From: Candidatus Undinarchaeota archaeon | GTDB taxonomy: Archaea; Undinarchaeota; Undinarchaeia; Undinarchaeales; UBA543 | DNA: 64,000 nucleotides | Assembly: GCA_964567575.1 (NCBI GenBank) | Contig: CAZMMZ010000001.1 | Coordinates: 35,800 to 99,799, forward strand | Direction: 5' to 3' | Shown here: positions 54,535 through 63,142 of the stretch, piece by piece | Numbering within the stretch: position 1 is the stretch's first letter | How the letters are laid out: each line of letters starts with the position of its first letter | Translations under genes and position numbers: made by a program | Notes under the pieces: generated by a model | The model's database searches: none | The model's input: the letters and a program-made list of their open reading frames with translations, nothing else | Told to the model about the DNA's origin: nothing

Positions 54535-55035
54535 CTAAACCAATAAGGGCTGCTGTATAAATCTTAGCGTTTTCTTCAAGTTCCTGTTCAAAAAATCTTT
54601 TGCAATGTACAGTGTTTTTCCACTTACTGCAACAACATCTAATATCAAATATGTTGCATCTTTTTTTGCTTTATTAGCTTTTAGTTGTAATTTAGTTTCG
54701 TTTTCATTTTTCTTAAAGTCTTCCCGATTCCTCATGATCACTGGAGTGAGGATAGTTGGCATATATCCTAAAATAGAATGAAATAGTAAACCAACAGGTA
54801 TGTTCAAAATAAACGTTGTTGTTCCCACAAGCACAACGTAATCTGGTTTAATGTTTTCTTTTTTTAATTTTTTTATTAAATTTCCTAAAAGAAAAATAGC
54901 CTCCCTAACCGATATGGTATAAGAGAAATGTGTTTCAAGTGAAAGATTTATCGGATCACTGCTTTGAATTTTCTGTTCTAATTCTTCACGAGCTGTTACT
55001 CGTTTCTTTTCTACTTTAATTTCAAATTTACTCAT
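54535..55035 (-). CDS. phosphoribosyltransferase-like protein
   Basis: 166 aa with a PRPP-loop-like YLILDVVAVSGKTL. Substrate not inferable. Confidence 0.5.
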   Translation of the reverse strand: MSKFEIKVEKKRVTAREELEQKIQSSDPINLSLETHFSYTISVREAIFLLGNLIKKLKKENIKPDYVVLVGTTTFILNIPVGLLFHSILGYMPTILTPVIMRNREDFKKNENETKLQLKANKAKKDATYLILDVVAVSGKTLYIAKDFLNRNLKKTLRFIQQPLLV

Positions 55036-55714
55036 TCTTTTTCACAATAACATCGTCGTCAGTCCCAACCCAAACTTCATCAACCTTGTCGCCTGTGAAA
55101 ATTCCGTTTTGTACTATCCCTTCAATTTCATTAATTAATTTTTCAAGACGTTCAGGATTTGTGATGTATTCAAATTTACAATCAAGGATGTGTCCGTTGC
55201 TATCGGTTACAAAGGGTTCATCTCCACCCCGAAGGGTTGCTTTACATCCAAGTTTCTTTTCAAGTGTTTTTTTCACTTCTTCCCATACATTTTTCTTTAC
55301 TTCAACAGGAAGTGGAAACGTTCCAAGAGTATCAACATTCTTTGACTCATCAATAATCACAACAAAATAATCTGCTTTGTAATCAACTTCTTTTTCTCGA
55401 GTCAAAGCTCCGCCACCACCTTTTATTAAATTAAATTTAGGATCAACTTCATCAGCACCGTCAATTGCAATATCAATTTTTTCTACAGAATCAATTGAAA
55501 CAACTTTTATATCTAGTGCTTCACATTTTGTCTTACTATCTTCTGATGTAACAACTGTAGTAATTTTTAATCCACCTGCAACTAATTCTCCAAGTGCTTC
55601 AATAAATGGAAAAACTGTGCTTCCTGTTCCAATACCAATAACAGCACCATCTTTTATTAATGGATGTTCAGCCACTGCTTTTCCCACTTTGTCTTTTTGA
55701 TCTTGTTGACTCAT
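55028..55714 (-). CDS. rpiA: ribose-5-phosphate isomerase A
   Basis: GIGTGSTV, DGADEVD and KGGGGALTREK motifs. Confidence 0.85.
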   Translation of the reverse strand: MSQQDQKDKVGKAVAEHPLIKDGAVIGIGTGSTVFPFIEALGELVAGGLKITTVVTSEDSKTKCEALDIKVVSIDSVEKIDIAIDGADEVDPKFNLIKGGGGALTREKEVDYKADYFVVIIDESKNVDTLGTFPLPVEVKKNVWEEVKKTLEKKLGCKATLRGGDEPFVTDSNGHILDCKFEYITNPERLEKLINEIEGIVQNGIFTGDKVDEVWVGTDDDVIVKKNE

Positions 55715-57054
55715 TTTTTCTTTATTCCTTTGAGTCCTTTTTTAATTCTTTTGAAAAATCCAATTTTTCTTATTGGATATTTATACTTTTTCAAAAACTT
55801 AACAAGTCTCTGTGTAAGGAAAACTCTTGAAAATTCCGTATCAACAGAGTCAGTAACAACACAATAATCCATTTCACGCATTCTGGCGAGTCCTTTACCC
55901 CAAAATGCTCCGTGCGTTGCAGCTGCAATAACCTGGCCTGCGTTTTCCTTGTCTAATGCTGCTTTTGTTGTTACAAGTGTTCCCCCAGTGGCAATCATGT
56001 CATCAACCATTAGCATGTTGTTATTTTTTACTAATTCCTTACCGTCTTTTATAGTCACAGCAACATCATTTTGATTGTCTCGTATTTTTTCGCATTCCAC
56101 CATCCTCAACCCAGTTTTTTTAGCTAATATTTCAACCCGTGGAGCGGAGCCTGCATCTGGTGCAACTAAAACAACATCTCCTTTTCCCCTAAATCTATTT
56201 TTTACATGATCTATCAACATCTCACCAACAGCAATATTAACAATATTCATGCCGTGTCGTTTCTTTTCTCCTGGGCCTTTACTAAAATGAGCATCAAATG
56301 TTATTAATTTTTGAACTCCAGATATTTTCAGATGTCTTAATACCTGCTTCAATGTCAATGATTCTTTTGTGCTTGTTTCCTCAATTACATCACCTTTTGG
56401 GAATTTTCTCTTATCTTGTCTTCCGAAAGGCAGGTAAGTCATAACACAAGTTATCCCTCTTGCTTTTGCTTTTCTTGCAACATCTGCAACCAAACACACA
56501 TCAAAAACACTTCCAGCTGGATCCACTGGTTTATCTTTTGGTGGTTTTCCACTCTGAATTATAACAATATCACGTCCTTCAATCTCAGCATCTATTGAAA
56601 ATTTCAGTTCACCATCTCCAAAAACAGTTTTTTTCGGTTCTTCATAATCTGCTCCAAGGTTTTCTGCTACATTCTTTGCCATATGTAGTGCATTAGGACA
56701 CCCAAGAAGTAAGAGTTGTTTATTTTGTCCTGTGATTTTCTTCCATGTTTTCTTTTTTCTTGTTTTTCTTTTTATTTTTGTTTTTCTTTTTATTCTTTTA
56801 ACTTTCTTATCACAAACATAAAGGAGTCGATTTCCATCCATTTTCCAGTTTTCCCAAATATGCAAACCATCTTGCTTGAGTTGCTCAGTTGTTTCTTTTA
56901 CTGTTTTTACATCACTTATCTTGAAAACATAATTAGAAATAAAACTTATTTTGTTTTTGTCAACTATAACATTTTTTGCTTTATATAAACTTAAAGCTTT
57001 TTTCACTTTTTCTAGTTCTTTCTTACTGTTAATAGTTAATATTTGTACTACCAT
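55711..57054 (-). CDS. divergent ribose-phosphate pyrophosphokinase paralog with an ~85-aa N-terminal domain and polybasic linker
   Basis: Prs-like core (GDGELKF, TYLPFGRQDKR, MVDDMIATGGTL, ATHGAF) preceded by KKVKRIKRKTKIKRKTRKKKTWKK, with a basic C-terminal tail. Confidence 0.7.
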   Translation of the reverse strand: MVVQILTINSKKELEKVKKALSLYKAKNVIVDKNKISFISNYVFKISDVKTVKETTEQLKQDGLHIWENWKMDGNRLLYVCDKKVKRIKRKTKIKRKTRKKKTWKKITGQNKQLLLLGCPNALHMAKNVAENLGADYEEPKKTVFGDGELKFSIDAEIEGRDIVIIQSGKPPKDKPVDPAGSVFDVCLVADVARKAKARGITCVMTYLPFGRQDKRKFPKGDVIEETSTKESLTLKQVLRHLKISGVQKLITFDAHFSKGPGEKKRHGMNIVNIAVGEMLIDHVKNRFRGKGDVVLVAPDAGSAPRVEILAKKTGLRMVECEKIRDNQNDVAVTIKDGKELVKNNNMLMVDDMIATGGTLVTTKAALDKENAGQVIAAATHGAFWGKGLARMREMDYCVVTDSVDTEFSRVFLTQRLVKFLKKYKYPIRKIGFFKRIKKGLKGIKKK

Positions 57055-57055
57055 A

Positions 57056-57931
57056 TTAAATCACCTTTGATATTTCATTAGCAAGCGTAATACTTTCTGC
57101 TTCATTTACAATTGAATCTGTTGAAATCACACCATCAGATTTTTTCCTAAGTTTTTCAAGTGAGTCCCATCCAAAGATTCCATGTGTTGCTGCGCAGAAA
57201 ATTTTTGCAGCACCGGCTTTTTTTACTTTTTGCATTGCAAGTATCATTGTGCTACCAGTGCTTATTATATCATCCAAGATTATAACATTTTTCCCTTTAA
57301 CATCAAGCTCGCCTTCCATTTCAACTTCGAAATCTCCTTTGCGAACTTTGCTAAGTGCTCCGAATTCCGCGCCCTTTGCAGTTGCTGCTTCTTTCACCAT
57401 ATTACTTGCGCCGAAATCTGGTGAAAGAATAAATACGTTTTTGAGTTTGTGCTTTTCCATAATATGCTCAACAATAATTTTTCCTGCACTAATATTCAAA
57501 TGTTTCAATCCAAACAAATCAGATTCTGTATAATCGTGTCTGTTGTGCGCATCAACAGTTATCAGTTTTGTAATCCCTGCGTTTTGGAAAAGCCGTGAAA
57601 TTGTTTGCAAACTAAATGCTTCACCTTCTTTGAATCGCTCATCCTGTCGCGCGTAAGGCAAATAGCTCATAACTAATGTGATGCTTTTTGCTCCAAAATC
57701 TTTGCAAGAATCTGCAGCTAACAACACTTCCATAATTGAGTGGTTTGGTCCAGGATATCCACTCTGAACTAGAAAAATATCATTTCCTTTAACTTCAGAA
57801 TCAACACGGAAGTAAATCTCTCGGTCTGGGAATTTCCTAACTTCAACTTCAGCGAGCTGCTTATCGCTTTTAATAGCGATTTTCCTTCCTAACTCTCGCG
57901 CATTGTAAAGTGGAATTACTAAATTACTCAT
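57056..57931 (-). CDS. prs: ribose-phosphate pyrophosphokinase (PRPP synthetase)
   Basis: 291 aa with FPDREIYFRV, SYLPYARQDERF, ILDDIISTGSTM and ATHGIF. Confidence 0.85.
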   Translation of the reverse strand: MSNLVIPLYNARELGRKIAIKSDKQLAEVEVRKFPDREIYFRVDSEVKGNDIFLVQSGYPGPNHSIMEVLLAADSCKDFGAKSITLVMSYLPYARQDERFKEGEAFSLQTISRLFQNAGITKLITVDAHNRHDYTESDLFGLKHLNISAGKIIVEHIMEKHKLKNVFILSPDFGASNMVKEAATAKGAEFGALSKVRKGDFEVEMEGELDVKGKNVIILDDIISTGSTMILAMQKVKKAGAAKIFCAATHGIFGWDSLEKLRKKSDGVISTDSIVNEAESITLANEISKVI

Positions 57932-57978
57932 CTATTAAATCGTAAGTATTGATGTTTATTAAAGTTGTTAAAAGACGA

Positions 57979-59244
57979 TTAGAGTTCTTCTCCAATTCCG
58001 GGGTGTCCTAAAACTTCATCACCATCCAAAACCATTTTTCCTCGCAAGAAAACTTTGTCAACAGCTCCACGAATTTCAGTGCCTTCATAAATTGTCCAAT
58101 CACAATGTGAATGTTGATTCTCAGGAGTTATTGTCCATTCAACTGCATTATCAATCACAACAAGGTCTGCATCTTTGCCAGGTGCAAGTTCTCCTTTGTT
58201 TTTCAAACCATATTTTGTCATTGCACCATGCGATGTTAAACGTACAACATCTTGCCAAGTCATTCTCTTATTATTCACTTCATTAATTAAAAGTGGCAGC
58301 ATTGTTTCTGTTCCTGCAAAACCAGGGGCAGCTATCATAATGACTTGCTCCTTTTCTTTTAATTTATGTGGCGCGTGATCAGATGCAACCATATCAATAT
58401 GGTGAATCCCTTCCCAAAGTTGCTGTCGATTCTCAAAACTTCGCAAAGGTGGATTTACTTTTGCAACACTACCCCACGTTCCATAAATTCCAACATCAAG
58501 AAATAAATGGTGTGGTGTAACTTCACAGCTAATATTTTTCCCACTGTTTGTAATAAGTCCGAGTCCAACACCAGTGCTGACATGACAGAAGTGAACATGA
58601 TTCGTTCCGAAATCTAATTTCAAAATCTTTTTTATTGTAGTTGATTCGCAACTCACATTTCGAACCATGCTGTGGCTTTCTGGTTTCTTTCCATTGTAGA
58701 CTTTTGTATTAATTGTTTCTTTGAATTCCGCGTGAATTGAAACAATATGGTTCTGCAAATTCTTCAGAGCAGTTTGCAATCCTTCATAACTACATCTCCC
58801 AGAATCAAAATGAACTTTGTAAGCAAAGGCATCTGGCAAATCCTCGCAATTATCATCTGTGATTTCAACAAAGAGCGCGTAATCAACATAAGATTTTCCT
58901 TGAATTGCAGTTCGTTTCATTTTCAAATTCTTTTCAGAATCAATTCGGGGTTCATTATTCGGCATATCAAAAACAGTTGTCACACCACCATGCAATGCAG
59001 ATAAAGATTCTGATTCAAAATCTCCTTTGTGTGTAAAACCAGGATCGCGGAAATGCACATGCGGATCAATTACACCAGGAATAACAACACGGCCATCAAT
59101 ATCGATTTTCGTTCCAGCGTGAATCTTTCCATGAGTTCTTGCAATAGAAACAATTTTTCCATCACTAATCGAAATGTCTGCATCAATCATATGTGTTGTA
59201 TTAAAAACGCGACAGTTTTCTAAAAGTAAATCTACAGTTGTCAT
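57979..59244 (-). CDS. pyrC: dihydroorotase
   Basis: GVIDPHVHFRDPG, ASDHAPH and amidohydrolase layout. ATG at 59244 gives an ATGA overlap with the pyrK stop (the track start at 59265 is less likely). Confidence 0.8.
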   Translation of the reverse strand: MTTVDLLLENCRVFNTTHMIDADISISDGKIVSIARTHGKIHAGTKIDIDGRVVIPGVIDPHVHFRDPGFTHKGDFESESLSALHGGVTTVFDMPNNEPRIDSEKNLKMKRTAIQGKSYVDYALFVEITDDNCEDLPDAFAYKVHFDSGRCSYEGLQTALKNLQNHIVSIHAEFKETINTKVYNGKKPESHSMVRNVSCESTTIKKILKLDFGTNHVHFCHVSTGVGLGLITNSGKNISCEVTPHHLFLDVGIYGTWGSVAKVNPPLRSFENRQQLWEGIHHIDMVASDHAPHKLKEKEQVIMIAAPGFAGTETMLPLLINEVNNKRMTWQDVVRLTSHGAMTKYGLKNKGELAPGKDADLVVIDNAVEWTITPENQHSHCDWTIYEGTEIRGAVDKVFLRGKMVLDGDEVLGHPGIGEEL

Positions 59245-60032
59245 AATTCTTTCTTCACCCCACAACTATCTCGAGTCCAAGTTCCGAACTCTTTCATTTT
59301 AGATAATAATGAATCTTCAAAAACAGGCCCGTCTTTGCAAACGCAAAGACCATCACACAAACATGCTCCACACAAACCAATCCCACATTTCATATGTCGC
59401 TCAAGACTTGCTTGCAATGGAATCTTTTTCTCATTGCAGATTTCAAAAACATTTTTCATCATCACTTCTGGTCCGCAGGTATACACTGCATCAATTTCTT
59501 CTTTTTCCAAAATTTCTTTGAAGGCATCTGTTGGGAAACCTTTCCTGCCATAGGTTCCATCATCAGTTGTTGCATGCAAGTCTCCATAATTTTCAATTTC
59601 GTCGTGGAATAATACCTCGTCTTTTGTGGATGCACCCATAAAAAAATGAATTTTCTTATTTTCTCTTTTTGCAACACTTGCTAAATATAACAATGGCGCT
59701 GCACCACAACCACCAGCAAGCAGAGCAATTTGATCGCCACGCAATTTGAATCCATTTCCATACGGTCCACGAATTCCAATCTTTTCCCCTTCTTTCATAT
59801 TATGCAAAGCTGTTGTAACTTTCCCTGTCTTGCGCACGCTGATGCTCATAACATTTCCATCATAACGTGAAACAGTGAACGGTGCTTCACCAACGCCTGG
59901 CACCCACACCATCAAAAATTGCCCTGGCTGAATATCAATTGGATTTTCAAAAAAGAAAGATTTGATTGAAGGGGATTCCTTCCTAATCTCTATTATTTCT
60001 GTACTCTTCAATGTCCCCTCCATTATAATCAC
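59241..60032 (-). CDS. pyrK: dihydroorotate dehydrogenase electron-transfer subunit
   Basis: FNR-like fold (PFTVS, LLAGGCGAAPL) and a C-terminal 2Fe-2S Cys cluster MKCGIGLCGACLC. Confidence 0.8.
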   Translation of the reverse strand: MIIMEGTLKSTEIIEIRKESPSIKSFFFENPIDIQPGQFLMVWVPGVGEAPFTVSRYDGNVMSISVRKTGKVTTALHNMKEGEKIGIRGPYGNGFKLRGDQIALLAGGCGAAPLLYLASVAKRENKKIHFFMGASTKDEVLFHDEIENYGDLHATTDDGTYGRKGFPTDAFKEILEKEEIDAVYTCGPEVMMKNVFEICNEKKIPLQASLERHMKCGIGLCGACLCDGLCVCKDGPVFEDSLLSKMKEFGTWTRDSCGVKKEL

Positions 60033-60280
60033 TTAGATTTATTTTCTATTTCTTCAATGCTTGGTGTTGTCATTATTGTGTATCCGATCCAGAATAAAAT
60101 AAGCATTCCAAATGCGAATATCAAAGAAATAACTATCTCAAACAATAGAAACGGTGTCAAAGTGAAGAACCAAACATTAATAGGTCCTCCCCATGGCGAA
60201 ATTACATAGAAATAAACTAATGTTATTAACAATGTAAGTAAACAAAGTATTCCGCCAAACAGTTTATCACGTGCGCTCAT
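60029..60280 (-). CDS. small 2-3 TM membrane protein embedded between pyrD and pyrK
   Basis: 83-aa hydrophobic ORF with 4-nt overlaps at both ends. Confidence 0.5.
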   Translation of the reverse strand: MSARDKLFGGILCLLTLLITLVYFYVISPWGGPINVWFFTLTPFLLFEIVISLIFAFGMLILFWIGYTIMTTPSIEEIENKSK

Positions 60281-61194
60281 GTTTTAACCTCCTTTAATGA
60301 ACCAACTAACTCTCCAATGCTTTTAAGCTTTTTTCTTTCAAGAATTTCTTCAAGCTCACTAGAAACTTTCTTGAAAACATCAAGATAATGATCTTTAACA
60401 GCAGTTCCAATTCCTACAGCAGAAGCACCGGCAATAATGTGTTCTGCTGCATCAGCACCAGAATAAATCCCTCCAGTTCCAATTATTGGAATTTTAACAG
60501 TTTTTGCAATCTGATAAACACACCTGACTGCTATTGGTTTTATTGCATTGCCGGACACTCCACCGAATTTGTTGGAGATTATTGGTATTTCAGATTCAAT
60601 GTCAATTACCATTCCTGGTCCAACAGAATTTATTGCAGTGATTGCATCTGCACCAGCTTCTTCAACTGCCTTTGCAACTTGCACAAGTAAATGAGTATTT
60701 GGTGTGAGTTTCACAGTAATTGGAATATCAGTAACGTCTTTCACTTTTTTCACAATATTCGCAGCTGCAACAGGATCGCAACCAAATGAAGTTCCTGATG
60801 CAACATTCGGACAGCTAATATTCAATTCAAATAAATCCGGTTCAGCTTTTTTCAAAATATTTACAACTTCAGCAAACTCATCAGCATCTTTTCCAAAGAT
60901 GCTATTGATAATTGGCGCGCCACCTTCTTTTGCAATTCGAAGTTCTTCAACAAAAGCTTCAGCGCCTGGATTTGGAAGTCCCATTGCATTTAGGAAAACA
61001 TTTCCAAGGTCAGTGCATATCGGATTTGGATGACCAGCTCTTGGTTTGAGTCCAATACTTTTTGTAGTGACAGCGCCAGCTCCGGAAAGTGCAACTCGTT
61101 TTAAAATTTCTCCAGTGTTTCCAAGAACTCCAGCAGCTAGGATTGTAGGATTGTCAAGTTTTACGCCAGCGATTTCAGTGGAGAGATTAATCAT
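60277..61194 (-). CDS. pyrD: dihydroorotate dehydrogenase catalytic subunit (class 1B-like)
   Basis: LDNPTILAAGV, NISCPN, GGVSG and GTGGI motifs. Confidence 0.85.
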   Translation of the reverse strand: MINLSTEIAGVKLDNPTILAAGVLGNTGEILKRVALSGAGAVTTKSIGLKPRAGHPNPICTDLGNVFLNAMGLPNPGAEAFVEELRIAKEGGAPIINSIFGKDADEFAEVVNILKKAEPDLFELNISCPNVASGTSFGCDPVAAANIVKKVKDVTDIPITVKLTPNTHLLVQVAKAVEEAGADAITAINSVGPGMVIDIESEIPIISNKFGGVSGNAIKPIAVRCVYQIAKTVKIPIIGTGGIYSGADAAEHIIAGASAVGIGTAVKDHYLDVFKKVSSELEEILERKKLKSIGELVGSLKEVKT

Positions 61195-61242
61195 TAATCA
61201 AAATATAATCTCTCAGCTTATATCTTTTCCCGAACTAAAAAG

Positions 61243-61641
61243 TTATTCGTTAAACTCATCAAACGCGGTGTTAGTTAGTTTATATTCTTTGTTTGTTTTT
61301 ATTACAAATCCATCTTCATTTAACATCTTTAAAACCGTCCGGGTCTTCATTCTTTTCAACCCAGGTGTAGTAGTTATCATTTCCCTAACATTTTTTTCTG
61401 TAAATGATGAAATTGGATATTTATTAACTAATCTTTTCAGTAAAAACCTATACCAAACATTTTCAATCCCTGCTTCTTTCAAAATAGTGTCCCATTTAAT
61501 ATTCTCTCCACGTGCAATCCCGTATAATGAGTTTATTTCATTGCTTGATTCTTTACCTGGTCTAACATACTCCCCATTTTTATACAACAATTTAACTTTC
61601 TTTCCAATTTTTTTTATTAATTCTTCTGATTTACTCATCAC
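61243..61641 (-). CDS. hypothetical protein, possible C-terminal winged helix
   Basis: 132-aa ORF. TVLKMLNEDGFVIKTNKEYKLT is wing-like. Confidence 0.45.
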   Translation of the reverse strand: MMSKSEELIKKIGKKVKLLYKNGEYVRPGKESSNEINSLYGIARGENIKWDTILKEAGIENVWYRFLLKRLVNKYPISSFTEKNVREMITTTPGLKRMKTRTVLKMLNEDGFVIKTNKEYKLTNTAFDEFNE

Positions 61642-61675
61642 AATAACCTACTCTTTTTTAGCTTATTAAATTTGT

Positions 61676-62089
61676 CTAAAATTTATTTATCAAATAATAA
61701 ATCGCTTTTGTCACACTATCAACATCATTATACATTCCAATGCTCAGGTTCCTGGTTTTGTAGTGTGTTTCGTATTTTTTAATTGCGCCAAGAATATCAT
61801 ACAATTCCCATTTTGAAAGTCCTTTTAATTTCACTTCCTTTTCCATTGCATCGGGATTTCTATCAAGAATATTTTTTATACCATACCAAGTGATTCTACC
61901 AATTTCTATTTTGCCTTCTTTTATTATTATATCTCCAATAAACGGAGCATTGCCATAAACAACATTAGTTTTCGGAAACGAGACCTCCATTTCTTTATTA
62001 TTGTGATCTAGTGAATAACAAAATAAATCCCCTTCTTTACGTACACCCACTACACTGGTCATTGTAATTACCATAGTATGCGGTTGCAT
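61676..62089 (-). CDS. hypothetical protein
   Basis: 137-aa ORF with no recognised motif. Confidence 0.45.
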   Translation of the reverse strand: MQPHTMVITMTSVVGVRKEGDLFCYSLDHNNKEMEVSFPKTNVVYGNAPFIGDIIIKEGKIEIGRITWYGIKNILDRNPDAMEKEVKLKGLSKWELYDILGAIKKYETHYKTRNLSIGMYNDVDSVTKAIYYLINKF

Positions 62090-62095
62090 ATATCT

Positions 62096-62806
62096 TTATC
62101 GTATTCCTTTTTGCACAATCTCAAACTTCTCATAAACATTCTCTGGCTTGTGCGGATGCTTCCGTATTATCATCCGCCTTGTTTTTTCTTTTGAAAGTTC
62201 AAGAATTATTTTAGACCAATACATCAAGGTGTCACCACCCACTGGAATGATTTCTTCTTTCCCATCAAAAGAAGAATAAACTTGATTTGTTACAATTACT
62301 GCAACTTTTTTTTCGCGCGCGATTTTCGAAAGGTGCGCGAGTTGCTTCCCAAGTTCACGCGCAATTTTCAAAATCTTTTTGCGATTATCTTCTACGCGCA
62401 GCCGATACAAACTCACAATTGAATCAATTACAACTAATTTGAAATCATTATCCAGAACTTTGCAAAGCCCGCGAATCACACGGCCCTGCTCATCAAAATC
62501 TTTCACTTGCTTTATGAATATATTATTAGGTATCTTTCCGCAGATTTGTTTCAATCGCTCTGGTGAGAATCCTCCTTCTGTATCAATGAATAATATTTTC
62601 CCATCTATCCTGGTTGTTGACAAACACAGGTTTGTTTTGCCAATTCCTGGCGGTCCATAGACATGCGTTACAAATCCTGTTGGAATCCCCCCACCAAGTA
62701 AGGCATCGATTTTCTTACTGCCTGTGGATATCCACTCTGTTTTGAATTCATTTGCTTCCGAAATCTCTGTTGCATCATCAAAAAGATCTCTTTTGAAAAT
62801 TTTCAT
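62096..62806 (-). CDS. radB: RadB recombinase paralog
   Basis: 236 aa consisting of a RecA core only, with Walker A GPPGIGKTN and LVVIDSI. Confidence 0.8.
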   Translation of the reverse strand: MKIFKRDLFDDATEISEANEFKTEWISTGSKKIDALLGGGIPTGFVTHVYGPPGIGKTNLCLSTTRIDGKILFIDTEGGFSPERLKQICGKIPNNIFIKQVKDFDEQGRVIRGLCKVLDNDFKLVVIDSIVSLYRLRVEDNRKKILKIARELGKQLAHLSKIAREKKVAVIVTNQVYSSFDGKEEIIPVGGDTLMYWSKIILELSKEKTRRMIIRKHPHKPENVYEKFEIVQKGIR

Positions 62807-62908
62807 TAAAAGTGGTTTTTCTCAGGATTTTATGTGTTTTTCCTAACTTTCATGGGTTTAGAAAGGTTTATATATCACAATTGATATCAATTGCTACGCA
62901 TTACTACA

Positions 62909-63139
62909 ATGAAATCAATACAGATAAATATAAGAATATCGGAGTCATTGTCCGATGAACTGGATGAAGTTTGTAATACTCTTCATATCAGCAAGTCAGA
63001 CTGGGTTCGAATCACACTCGCGAAGCGAGTTTTCGAAGAGCGCGCCCGACTGCTCACGGAAATCAAAGATGTTGAGGATATGATGAACTCTGACCTCGGC
63101 CAACTCGTGCAGAAAATGCGTTCAAGACAACACAGGTAA
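62909..63139 (+). CDS. ribbon-helix-helix (CopG-like) DNA-binding protein
   Basis: MKSIQINIRISESLSDELDEVCNTLHISKSDWVRITL fits a beta-alpha-alpha pattern. Confidence 0.55.
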   Translation: MKSIQINIRISESLSDELDEVCNTLHISKSDWVRITLAKRVFEERARLLTEIKDVEDMMNSDLGQLVQKMRSRQHR

Positions 63140-63142
63140 AAA

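Noticed and set aside
61046-61669. 207-aa + strand ORF, with similar long antisense ORFs at 47085-47600, 30763-31284 and 38563-39039
   Set aside because: Each is antisense to a gene with clear family motifs or better coding character. Their compositions are typical of shadow frames.
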